A DNA stretch of 64,000 nucleotides from an uncultured Bradymonadales bacterium (GTDB lineage Bacteria > Myxococcota_A > Bradymonadia > Bradymonadales > Bradymonadaceae): the NCBI GenBank assembly GCA_964411125.1, contig CAYPJU010000014.1:5566-69565 (forward strand), written 5' to 3'. How positions within the stretch are numbered: the first letter of the stretch is position 1; each line of letters begins with the position of its first letter. This document shows positions 11,274 to 19,868 of the stretch, piece after piece. A program made the translations under genes and the position numbers. Under the pieces are notes generated by a model. The model was not told the origin of the DNA and searched no databases. It was given only the letters and a program-made list of their open reading frames with translations.

Positions 11274-11351
11274 GGACTTCGGTCGGCAAGGTTGCTGCGT
11301 TGGTGATCGCGGACCGGAATGATATGAGGGAGCGACGAAACACAGGAGCAG

Positions 11352-12998
11352 ATGACGATGAGCGAAGAATCGAAGAACGTTTCGGGGACGGTTTGGATTC
11401 TGGTCGACCAGTCTTCGCGGGAGGCGACATACGAGAGCGTGGCCGCCTTGCTGCGAGAGGAAGACGGGGTCGAAGCGCAGACGGTGACGATCAGCGAAGT
11501 TCTCGGTTCGGTCGCTCGCGGGGCGCTCTCCGGCGGTACCGAGCGGCTTCTGCGAGGTCTGCGAGTCGCGATGAAGGGGCGTGCGCAGGACGAAGACTTC
11601 CTCGGGGCGGTGAAACGGGCGCGCCCCGATCTGCTCGCGATCACGAACCCTCGTTGGGTTCGCGCGCTCGGTCTGCTCGAGTCGATCTCGGGTGTCCCGA
11701 CGCTGCAGGTCGGCGTGTTTCCCGGTTACGGTCACGACGAGGGCTGGGCGCGCAGCGAGCTTCACGGTTTCGTCGTCCCCCACGACTCGTTCGCGGATCG
11801 GCTCGCCCGCGAAGGGGTTGCGCGCAGCCGAATTCTGCGTGGTGGTCCGGCGATTGGCGCCGCGTATGCGCGGGAGATGGATCGTGCCGAGGAGCGTTCG
11901 GCGCTCGGTTTCTCGGGCGACGTGAAGGTAGTGTTGGTGCGGGCGGAGACGTTGGACACGACCCTGCTCGAGAAGCTCGTCTTTCAGGCGACGCTGGTGG
12001 ATCGTCCGACGCGGTTCGTGTTCCACCACAACGGCGACGGGGCGGTAGCGGCCACGCTGCGCAAGGCGGCGTCGCAGTATGGTCTGCCGGCCGCGATGTT
12101 CGGCCGCGTGGGTGACCTGGAGCGCTACGTCCTCGCCGCCGACGCCGTGCTGACTGCGCCGCAGGATCCGCTGGTACCGGAGATTCTCGCGCTCGACCGG
12201 CCGCTGATGTTGATCGGTGGAGCCGGCGAACATCGTAGCCAGATCGATTTCCTTGCCGACATGGGGGCAGTGCGCTGGGTAGAGGACGTGTTGCGGGTGG
12301 GAAGCGAGCTCGAGCGAGACCTCTCGGACGAACGGCTGGAGCAGCTCTCGGCGGCGGCCGCCGATCTTTCGAAGACGAACGGCACACGCCAGGTGGCCGA
12401 CGCGCTCCTCGAAGCGCTGCGGGAGCGAGAAGCGTGGCTCGCCGCACCGGCATCGCGTGACGAGCCGGCGCCGTCTCCGGAAGACGACGGTTCGGACGAA
12501 GGAGGGAGTGAAGAGTCGGGCGAGAGCAGCCCCTTCGAGACGATCGGCGGGGTGGAGGACCCGCAAGCGCCCCGGGACGATTCTCGTCCGATGGGGCGCC
12601 TCTCCAAGTCGGAGGCCAAGGACCAGCTCGCAGCGCTGATCCTGAGCGAGCGAGAGATCGAACGAAAGCTGGCGGACTGCGAGAAGCAACAGCAGCGTTG
12701 GCGCGACCGGCTGGAGATGGCGCGAGATTGGGAAGAAGAAGACCTCGCGAAGGAGGCGGAGTCGATCCTGCGGGGCTACCTCGACGAAGCGGAGGGCTTG
12801 CAGGCCGAACGCGCGTCGATCGCCCGTCAGAAGGAGAAGCTGAAGCAGGCCGCGGGGGCCCCTCCTTCGAGCGGCGGCTCGGACGCCGGTAGTGGTTCGG
12901 ACCACGGATCCGACGTGGAGAAGCGCTTTCGGAAGATGGAGATCGACAGCGATCTGGACGACCTGAAGGACCGAATCCGTCGAGAGCTCGGAGACTGA
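11352..12998 (+). CDS. fusion protein: degenerate MGDG-synthase/UgtP-like (GT-B) domain plus PspA/IM30-like C-terminal coiled coil
   Basis: 548 aa with AGGAG before the ATG. The N-terminal 400 aa parallel UgtP/MGDG synthase block order (PDLLAITNP..., GGPAIGAAY, VKVVLV, APQDPLVPEILALDRPLMLIGGAGEH) but lack the GxGH motif. The C-terminus QQQRWRDRLEMARDWEEEDLAKEAESIL...SDVEKRFRKMEIDSDLDDLKDRI mirrors PspA helices. Judged by eye. Confidence 0.5.
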   Translation: MTMSEESKNVSGTVWILVDQSSREATYESVAALLREEDGVEAQTVTISEVLGSVARGALSGGTERLLRGLRVAMKGRAQDEDFLGAVKRARPDLLAITNPRWVRALGLLESISGVPTLQVGVFPGYGHDEGWARSELHGFVVPHDSFADRLAREGVARSRILRGGPAIGAAYAREMDRAEERSALGFSGDVKVVLVRAETLDTTLLEKLVFQATLVDRPTRFVFHHNGDGAVAATLRKAASQYGLPAAMFGRVGDLERYVLAADAVLTAPQDPLVPEILALDRPLMLIGGAGEHRSQIDFLADMGAVRWVEDVLRVGSELERDLSDERLEQLSAAAADLSKTNGTRQVADALLEALREREAWLAAPASRDEPAPSPEDDGSDEGGSEESGESSPFETIGGVEDPQAPRDDSRPMGRLSKSEAKDQLAALILSEREIERKLADCEKQQQRWRDRLEMARDWEEEDLAKEAESILRGYLDEAEGLQAERASIARQKEKLKQAAGAPPSSGGSDAGSGSDHGSDVEKRFRKMEIDSDLDDLKDRIRRELGD

Positions 12999-13053
12999 AC
13001 TCGTTGGAATCGACCGAGACATCGCGGCGCCGCCTCCGCGATAGCCGCCGCCC

Positions 13054-14139
13054 GTGCGTGGCGAACTTCCGCCGTTCGTCGCGCGCGCGATGAAGCGCTT
13101 CGTCGGATATTTTCTGGCTGCGCTCGCGATCGGCGCGTTCTTTCTCTATCTCGCGGCGCGTGAGCTGCCGTGGGAGGCCGTGGGAGATTGGCTCGCGACC
13201 GAAGACCTCTGGCACGTGGCGGGATGGTCGTTGGCTTTCACGTCGCTGTACGCGACGACACACTTCGCCCGGGTGGTACGCTGGTACTTCCTGGTGCGTC
13301 CCCTCGACGCGAATCTGAAGCCCTCGGACGTTCACAAGGTGTGCGCGGTCGGGCTCACCGCGATCCTGCTACTGCCGCTTCGGCTGGGGGAATTCGTTCG
13401 CCCTTACCTGCTCTCGAAGCGCTCGAGCCTTTCGATGTCGTCGGTGCTGGGGACCGCGGTGGTGGAGCGGGTGGTGGACGGGCTTCTGGTGACGGGGCTC
13501 CTCTTCGTGACGCTTTCGACGCTCCCGGTCGGCGAGAACGCGGGCTTCGCGCGCGCCGCGGGGCTGGTCAGCGCGGCAGTGTTCGTGCCGGCGCTCGTGG
13601 TGACGCTGCTGGCCCTGTGGCGGCGCGAGCTCGCCGTGCGGCTCGTGCGGCGCCTGGCGGGGACGGTATCGGAGAGTCTCGCGGAGAAGCTGGCGGGGCT
13701 CCTCGACAGTTTCATCGTGGGATTTCGCGCCCTGGTGAGCGGTCGCTCGGTGGCGCCGTTTCTGGCGCTGACAGCCTTCTACTGGGGCCTCAACGTATTC
13801 GGGATGTGGATGCTCGCGCGCGGGTTCGGGCTGGAGCTATCGCTGTGGGAGATGGCCGCGGTGCTCTCGGTGTTGGTCATCGGAATCATGATCCCGGCTG
13901 GTCCTGCGGGCGCCGGAAACTTCGAGTACTTCGCGCTGCGGGGGCTCGGACTCTTCTTGTTGTTGGAGGGGACGCAGGGGGTCGCGGCGGGCGCGTTCGC
14001 CGCGCTGCTCCACATCCTGCAGTTTCTGGTGATTCTGGTCCCGGGGCTCGTGGTGATGGCGAGCGACGAGGAGTCTCGCCACCTCGTGCGTCTTTCGACG
14101 GAAGCGGACCAGGCGACCCACGAGGGGTCCGCTCCGTGA
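13054..14139 (+). CDS. flippase-like / lysylphosphatidylglycerol-synthase TM-region family membrane protein (UPF0104)
   Basis: 361 aa and polytopic. The N-terminus FVGYFLAALAIGAFFLYLAARELPWEAV...FARVVRWYFLVRPL is typical of this family. The start (GTG 13054 or ATG 13090) is uncertain. Confidence 0.7.
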   Translation: MRGELPPFVARAMKRFVGYFLAALAIGAFFLYLAARELPWEAVGDWLATEDLWHVAGWSLAFTSLYATTHFARVVRWYFLVRPLDANLKPSDVHKVCAVGLTAILLLPLRLGEFVRPYLLSKRSSLSMSSVLGTAVVERVVDGLLVTGLLFVTLSTLPVGENAGFARAAGLVSAAVFVPALVVTLLALWRRELAVRLVRRLAGTVSESLAEKLAGLLDSFIVGFRALVSGRSVAPFLALTAFYWGLNVFGMWMLARGFGLELSLWEMAAVLSVLVIGIMIPAGPAGAGNFEYFALRGLGLFLLLEGTQGVAAGAFAALLHILQFLVILVPGLVVMASDEESRHLVRLSTEADQATHEGSAP

Positions 14140-14209
14140 AGTGATCGAACAGTTCCTCAGACCGTGGCTCGGGCCAGCCACCCGAATCGAGGCGTCGACG
14201 GAAGCGGCG

Positions 14210-14239
14210 TTGACCCCACGGCGAAGACGGGTCTATCTT
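14210..14239 (+). promoter_or_regulatory. candidate sigma70-type promoter (TTGACC-N18-TATCTT) for the receiver gene
   Basis: TTGACC at 14210-14215 and TATCTT at 14234-14239. An AGAGGG Shine-Dalgarno sits 5 nt before ATG 14269. Pattern match only. Confidence 0.3.
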
Positions 14240-14268
14240 AACGCACGTACGCAACATTAGAGGGCTGG

Positions 14269-14643
14269 ATGGAAGTGACCCGCAAGGTGATGGTCTTGGA
14301 TGACAACATCCTCGACGTCATGAAAGCAGAAAAGTATCTGGTGTCGGGCGGTTACGAGGTTGTCACCCTGACTTCGCCGAACGGTGCGCTGTCGAAGATC
14401 GACTACGAGCGTCCCGAGATCCTCCTGCTCGATATCGACATGCCTCGTCTGAACGCGATGGACCTTCTCGAGACGCTTCGCTCCAACGAAGACTACGACG
14501 ACCTGGTGATCGTGCTCTACAGCGATCGAGAGGCGGAGAAGCTGCAGAAGATCTGCATCGAGAACGACATCAACGGGTACTTCTGCAAGTCGATGGACGT
14601 CACTCAGATCTCCGCGTTTCTGGATAACTTCTACGAGTTCTGA
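14269..14643 (+). CDS. stand-alone response-regulator receiver protein
   Basis: 124 aa. The acidic pocket (LDDN), phospho-acceptor (LLLDIDMP), Ser (VLYS) and Lys (FCKS) are all in canonical positions. Confidence 0.85.
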   Translation: MEVTRKVMVLDDNILDVMKAEKYLVSGGYEVVTLTSPNGALSKIDYERPEILLLDIDMPRLNAMDLLETLRSNEDYDDLVIVLYSDREAEKLQKICIENDINGYFCKSMDVTQISAFLDNFYEF

Positions 14644-14724
14644 TTCCGGAATTTCAGACGCGGGGAACCGCGCAACGAGTCCACAGGCGGCGTCGGCGCG
14701 AAATCCGTCGGAAGAGAAGCGCCG

Positions 14725-16392
14725 ATGACCGAACCGAACACCGACAACTCGCCCTGCATCTGGCTGGTGGACGACGAGTCCGACCTCGTGGACACGACGT
14801 GCCAGATTCTGAGCGATGCGGGCTACGAATGCCGGGGCTTTCTGGACCCTCGCGAAGCGCTGGCGGCGCTGGACGCGGGTGAGCAGCCGGACCTCTTCCT
14901 GATCGACCTGCGTATGCCGCACATGACGGGTTCGGAGATGATCCGGGATCTGCGAACGCGTGGTGAGCTCGCGACGACGCCGATCATCGTCCTGACGGCT
15001 CTGACGACGGAGAGCAGCACCCTCAACGCGTTCGAGGCTGGAGCCGACGACGTCGTGCGAAAGCCGCTCACGACGGCAGAACTGCTGGCGCGGGTTCGAG
15101 GGCAGCTCGCGCGGCAGTCGCGTCTGGAAGAGCTCCGGACGCAGAACCGCGACCTGAAGGTCGTGACGGACCTGGCGCACGTACTGAGCCAGGGGACGGA
15201 GCTCCCGGACATCCTGCGGACGCTGGTCGACGGGCTCCGGACGGCGCTGGCGATCGACGAGGCGGCGATCTATCTGCTGCACGAAGAGACCGGCGAGCTG
15301 CACCGCGCCCTCCCGTCGGACCCGTCCCGGTCCGAGGGTTCTCCGAACACGACCCTCGACCTGCGGCGGCTGCGTCAGACGGCAGACACCCTCGCGGCGC
15401 GGCGGACGGCTTTCCTGGACGAAGCGGAGACCCGGCAACTTCTGGAGGTCATCGGGGGAGCTCACCCCCGACGCCAGCAGATGTCCTCTGCGATCGTGCC
15501 GCTCTTGCATCGAGAGCAATTCGTCGGGGTGATCGTGACGGTCGCAGACCGCGAAAACCTGGGGGTGACGTCTCGCGAGCGCTTCCTCTTTTCGATCATT
15601 TCGAGCCTCGCGGCGGTGGCGGTTCATCGAGCCGAGCTCTTCCACCGGATCATCCAGGAGCATGCGGGGCTCGATGCGGCGAACCGTGAACTCGCGGAGA
15701 CTCGGGACTTCCTCGACAACGTGATCCAGTCGAGCCCCGACGCGATCGTGGCATCGAATCGACCCGGGAAGATCGTCGTGTACAACCGGGCGGCCGAGCG
15801 GATCCTGGGGTGGACACCCGAGGAGGCGATTGGACAGGACGTCCGACTGCTCTACCCGGATGGAGGAGCCGAAGGAATCTTCAAGAAGCTGCGGTCCCCC
15901 GAGCACGGTGGGAAGGGGCGGCTCGAGCGCAGCCGCGGGGTGGTGGTCAATCGACACGGGGAGGAGATTCCGGTGGAGATCTCGGCGTCACTTCTCTACT
16001 CGAACGATTCGATCTCCGCGGCGGTCGGGATCTTCACCGACCTGCGCGGGCGTCTGCGGATGGAGGAACGGTTGCAAGAGGCGACGGAAAACCTCGAAGA
16101 GACTCGTCGGCAGGCGGTGGCGGCGGAGCTCGCGGGAGCAGCAGCGCACGAGCTGAACCAACCTCTGACGAGCCTCCTGAGCTACGCGGAGTTGCTCACG
16201 GGCACGGTGGCAGCCGGCGGGAAGGAGGCGCGCGCGGTGGAAGCGATCAATCGGGACGCGACGCGGATGGTCGAGATCGTGAAAAAGATCGGCAAGATCA
16301 CGGATTACCGGACCAAGGAGTACGTGGGCGGGGCCCGCATCGTGGACCTCGGTGGCGACGACGACGACGAGGGGACGGCAGAGCAGTCATGA
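14725..16392 (+). CDS. hybrid sensor protein: receiver + GAF-like + PAS + DHp (HisKA) domain, without HATPase domain
   Basis: 555 aa. REC motifs are WLVDDES, FLIDLRMP, VLTA and VRKP. The PAS region reads FLDNVIQSSPDAIVASN...VYNRAAERILGW. The H-box AAHELNQPLTSLLSYAELL is intact. The ORF ends about 75 aa later with no N/G1/F/G2 boxes. Confidence 0.8.
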   Translation: MTEPNTDNSPCIWLVDDESDLVDTTCQILSDAGYECRGFLDPREALAALDAGEQPDLFLIDLRMPHMTGSEMIRDLRTRGELATTPIIVLTALTTESSTLNAFEAGADDVVRKPLTTAELLARVRGQLARQSRLEELRTQNRDLKVVTDLAHVLSQGTELPDILRTLVDGLRTALAIDEAAIYLLHEETGELHRALPSDPSRSEGSPNTTLDLRRLRQTADTLAARRTAFLDEAETRQLLEVIGGAHPRRQQMSSAIVPLLHREQFVGVIVTVADRENLGVTSRERFLFSIISSLAAVAVHRAELFHRIIQEHAGLDAANRELAETRDFLDNVIQSSPDAIVASNRPGKIVVYNRAAERILGWTPEEAIGQDVRLLYPDGGAEGIFKKLRSPEHGGKGRLERSRGVVVNRHGEEIPVEISASLLYSNDSISAAVGIFTDLRGRLRMEERLQEATENLEETRRQAVAAELAGAAAHELNQPLTSLLSYAELLTGTVAAGGKEARAVEAINRDATRMVEIVKKIGKITDYRTKEYVGGARIVDLGGDDDDEGTAEQS

Positions 16393-18188
16393 CCGACCTG
16401 GACTTCGCATCGATTTTCGAACAGTTGCCGGACGCTCTCGCCGTCTGCGACGACGAAGGGCGCCTCACGGCGATGAACGCACGCGCGCGCGAGCTGCTCG
16501 GTGCGAAAGCCGGGGATACGGTGCATCTCGACTTACGGGCGCGCGAGACGGTCCGACAGATTCGCCTGACGGACGCTGCCTCTCAGGAATTCTATCTCGC
16601 AGACGTCCAGGTGACCGGCGCACGCAGGGCGCGCGTCAGCGCATCGCTGCACCCCCTGGACGGCGGAGGCTATCGTGTGACGCTGAGCGGGGACGGCCCG
16701 AGCGGCACGTTGACCCCCAACCTGCGGATGATGGAAGCGCTGGTGAACGTGGGACGGCACCTCGAGTTGTTCCGCACGGCGGACAAGACGCTCGCGCTCT
16801 TCGAAGCTTGCTTCGCGGACATCTTCCCCGAGTACTCGTTCCGCATCGTGCTCGACGGCGAGGTTCTTCACGAGCATTCGGCGTGGGGTGGTGGGGCCAC
16901 GGGGCAACCCTTCGACGTGGATCCTCGCGGTCTGGTGCGCGTGGAGGAGCTCGCCTTCGACGGTGCGGCGGCGGGATGGCGAGCTCCGATGCACGGGCAC
17001 AGCGGCGTCCGAGGCTACCTGCAGGTCGAGCGACAGAGTACGGAGAAGTTTCGGGTTTCGGAGCGTCAGGCGTTCGAGACTTTCAATCAACAGCTCTCAC
17101 TCGCCCTCGGGCGAGTCACGGTCGATCGAGACGTCGCGGTGGGACCGATCATCGACCAGCTCGATGCGATCGTCGTGGTCTGCGATTCCCGGCGCCGCAT
17201 TCAGGTGGTGAACCGAACGTTCGAAACGCTTGCGGGCTCCCACGGGGTCGCGGGTCGCGACATCGTCGATTTCTTCGAAGCTTCGGGGGCGGCGAAGATC
17301 CGCACGACGGCCGCAGGGGTGATGGCGGGACAGGAGGCGGACGTCTTCGAAGCGGGGCTTCTTCACGCCGGCCGTTCGCCGGTCTCCCTACGGATCCAGA
17401 TTGCGGCGAACCGCTCCGGCGAATCGGACAAGGCGGCGGGGTTCATCCTGACGGGACAGCAGAGCGAGGTGAACCTGGTCGAGATCGAGGCGCGGATGAC
17501 GCGGGCGGAGCAGCTCCTCAACGTCGGGCAGCTCGCGAGCGGCGTGGCCCACGAGTTGAAGAATCCGCTGACGTCGATCCTGAACTACGCGGAGTATCTG
17601 TTGATGAAGTATCAGGATTCACTGTTCGAGGATCGGGACAGCGACCGCCTGCGTCGTATCATCGAGGGGGTGGAGCGGATCGACACCTTCGTGAACGACC
17701 TGGTGGTGCTCGCCCGGCCCTCGGAGACGGAGGTTTCGCAGACTGTCGACCTCCACGCGGTGGTGCGTGAATCGGGGCTGATCTGTGAGGTGGCGCTGCG
17801 GCAGAGCCAGACGCAGTTCCAGGTCGATCTGGCCGACCGTCCGCTCCGTGTGATGGGGAGTCCCCATCAGCTCAAGCAGGTCTTCGTCAACCTCATCACG
17901 AATGCCACGAAGGCGATGGAAGAGGAGCCGGGCACGATCAAAATTTCGACGTGGTCCGATGATGGTATGGTGTACGCCGAGGTAGCCGACGACGCTACGG
18001 GTATGTCCGCGGAGACGATGGGGCATATCTTCGAGCCGTTCTTCACGACACGTGCGGGTCGCGGCGGCTCGGGGGTCGGGCTCGCGCTCGTGAAGACGAT
18101 CATCGAGCGTCACGGAGGCTCGGTGTCGGTCGATTCGGAGCTCGGCATCGGCACCACGTTCACCATCGTCCTGCCGGAGGCAGAATAG
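16389..18188 (+). CDS. PAS-domain sensor histidine kinase (complete HisKA + HATPase_c)
   Basis: The inferred ATG at 16389 overlaps the upstream stop (ATGA). 599 aa. H-box AHELKNPLTS, N-box NLITNATKAM, G1 DDATGM, F FEPFFTT and G2 GGSGVGLALV are all present. Confidence 0.85.
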   Translation: MTDLDFASIFEQLPDALAVCDDEGRLTAMNARARELLGAKAGDTVHLDLRARETVRQIRLTDAASQEFYLADVQVTGARRARVSASLHPLDGGGYRVTLSGDGPSGTLTPNLRMMEALVNVGRHLELFRTADKTLALFEACFADIFPEYSFRIVLDGEVLHEHSAWGGGATGQPFDVDPRGLVRVEELAFDGAAAGWRAPMHGHSGVRGYLQVERQSTEKFRVSERQAFETFNQQLSLALGRVTVDRDVAVGPIIDQLDAIVVVCDSRRRIQVVNRTFETLAGSHGVAGRDIVDFFEASGAAKIRTTAAGVMAGQEADVFEAGLLHAGRSPVSLRIQIAANRSGESDKAAGFILTGQQSEVNLVEIEARMTRAEQLLNVGQLASGVAHELKNPLTSILNYAEYLLMKYQDSLFEDRDSDRLRRIIEGVERIDTFVNDLVVLARPSETEVSQTVDLHAVVRESGLICEVALRQSQTQFQVDLADRPLRVMGSPHQLKQVFVNLITNATKAMEEEPGTIKISTWSDDGMVYAEVADDATGMSAETMGHIFEPFFTTRAGRGGSGVGLALVKTIIERHGGSVSVDSELGIGTTFTIVLPEAE

Positions 18189-18190
18189 GT

Positions 18191-19153
18191 TTGGTCAACA
18201 GTCGCAATCGAATCTTCGGAGTGGGCTCGATGGCCGCGGCCCTGGGGGTGGGGTTGTTCCTGTTGGTGTCGCCTCCGGTGGAGCGCGAAGCGCACCTCTC
18301 CGTGGTCCGCGACGGGGAGCAGGCGAACATCGAGAGTTCGATGCGGCACCTCTGTTGGATCGAGTCGGGGGTGACGGGGCTCAACGAGCTGCTGCCAGGG
18401 CTCGACGTCGAACGTCGGCGCGAGATTTTGCAGACGGCCGATTCGTTGGGCTGTCTGTCGCAATTGGCACCATCGATCCAGGCGTCGTACTTCATCATCG
18501 AGGCGGACGGAACAGGTCACGTCGAGAAAGCGATGAGCTTCGAGGAAGCGGCGCTCGAGCCGGCGCTCGAAGCGATCGAGTACACCGATCCAGCCGTGGC
18601 GCGTCGTGGCGCGACGGTCCTCGCCGTGCTGGCGAGACGACTGACGCCGGACCAGCAACAGCGGACCGCGGCAGCGCTCGACAACCTGCCTCCGAGCAGC
18701 GAGCGGACGGAGCTCGCCCGGCGCCTTCGGCTCGTCCCCCCCGGGCCGGGGCCCGGCGCGGAAACCGAGACGACGATGGGGAAAGAAGAGGACGTTCGAG
18801 CAGAGCCGTTCGCGGGAGCGGGTGCGGGGTCGGACTTCGAGTCTTTCAAGCTCCGAGAGCCGACCCTGGAGATCGAGTCTGACGGTTTGCTGTTCGCCGC
18901 GCCGGCCGACCCGGACGCGGAGTCGGCCGACGAAAGGGAGGACGACGACGTCCACGAGGAAGAGCCGCGCGAGCCCGAGGAAGTGGTGTCGGACGGCGAC
19001 GACGAGCCCGACGACGCCCAGGGAACCCAAGATGAGTCAGCGGTAGCGCCCTCCCCTCCTCCCCGGTCAGGAAAGCCGAAGAGGGGCGTCGCGCCGGCGG
19101 AGGAGAGTTCGGATGCCGGCACATCGCCCGAGGACGGAGGCGACGATGGGTGA
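18191..19153 (+). CDS. hypothetical membrane-anchored protein with long acidic disordered tail
   Basis: 320 aa from TTG 18191 (alternative ATG 18230). It has an N-terminal hydrophobic segment AAALGVGLFLLV. The C-terminal 120 aa are rich in D/E/P. No family recognised. Confidence 0.5.
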   Translation: MVNSRNRIFGVGSMAAALGVGLFLLVSPPVEREAHLSVVRDGEQANIESSMRHLCWIESGVTGLNELLPGLDVERRREILQTADSLGCLSQLAPSIQASYFIIEADGTGHVEKAMSFEEAALEPALEAIEYTDPAVARRGATVLAVLARRLTPDQQQRTAAALDNLPPSSERTELARRLRLVPPGPGPGAETETTMGKEEDVRAEPFAGAGAGSDFESFKLREPTLEIESDGLLFAAPADPDAESADEREDDDVHEEEPREPEEVVSDGDDEPDDAQGTQDESAVAPSPPPRSGKPKRGVAPAEESSDAGTSPEDGGDDG

Positions 19154-19868
19154 TGCGGTGATCGCCAGCATCTTGATCTCGGCGACCTTCGTGGTCGTCG
19201 TGGGCCTTCATGCTTATCGGTGGCTGTCGTGGCGGAACCGGCAGTCGAAGTCTCCCTACGCGTTTCTGGTGGAGTCGTTCGCGTTCGATCGTTCGAGTGA
19301 GCGTAGAATCGCGGACACGCGCGTGACGCGCTACTCCGGCCGCTTTCGGGGAATGAGGGTCACGCTCGAACGAGGCGACTCCGATCACGACGAGTACCTT
19401 CGCATTCACATTCGGTTCGAAGACGACCTGGAATTCGGGGTCCGCATCTCTTCGGAGCACGAGGACGACCTGATGGTTCGGCTGAAGCGCATGCGAGAGA
19501 TGCAGATCGGCTCGCACCATTTCGACTCGGAGTTCCTTCTGCTTTCGAGAGACGAGGAGCGCATGAAGCAGCTCCTGGATCACGACACCCGGCGGATGCT
19601 GATGCAGACCCGCAAGTCCGTGAAGGGGATGCGGCTGGACGACATCGGGCTGCATCTTCACGTGGTGGGAGAGAAGAGTCGCGAAGCGCTCACGGAGATC
19701 CTCGATGGCGGTGTGCAGTTGTGCGACTACGTTGCGCGACGCGCCGAGGACGTCCTGGCGGCGGAGGCCGAGGCGCAGAAAGAACAAGAGGGACCGGTTC
19801 CAGCGTTCACTCCGGTCCCGGGGACGATGACGTCCATCTCCGGCGAACGAAAGGAATCGGCACCTTGA
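19146..19868 (+). CDS. hypothetical protein with N-terminal TM helix
   Basis: The inferred ATG at 19146 overlaps the upstream stop by 8 nt. 240 aa. The N-terminus is AVIASILISATFVVVVGL. No family recognised. Confidence 0.5.
   Translation: MGDAVIASILISATFVVVVGLHAYRWLSWRNRQSKSPYAFLVESFAFDRSSERRIADTRVTRYSGRFRGMRVTLERGDSDHDEYLRIHIRFEDDLEFGVRISSEHEDDLMVRLKRMREMQIGSHHFDSEFLLLSRDEERMKQLLDHDTRRMLMQTRKSVKGMRLDDIGLHLHVVGEKSREALTEILDGGVQLCDYVARRAEDVLAAEAEAQKEQEGPVPAFTPVPGTMTSISGERKESAP

Noticed and set aside
10917-13022. A 701-aa minus-strand ORF and a 564-aa ORF (11641-13335), both antisense to the GT/PspA-like gene.
   Set aside because: They have the same shadow-ORF composition. The sense-strand ORF has an RBS, coherent domain-like blocks and a PspA-like tail.
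13021-13042. The hairpin ATCGCGG-N8-CCGCGAT after the GT/PspA-like gene.
   Set aside because: It has no U-tract, and the downstream flippase-like gene is probably co-transcribed. This is too weak to call a terminator.
14257-15957. A 566-aa minus-strand ORF antisense to the two receiver genes.
   Set aside because: The sense strand encodes textbook REC/GAF/PAS motifs. The antisense product is Arg/Pro/His-rich with no motifs.
15810-16388. An N-terminal 193-aa extension of the histidine-kinase track ORF (792 aa).
   Set aside because: The extension is Gly/Arg-rich. It overlaps the well-supported C-terminus of the upstream gene in another frame. An ATG at 16389 forms a classic ATGA stop-start overlap and opens directly into a PAS domain.
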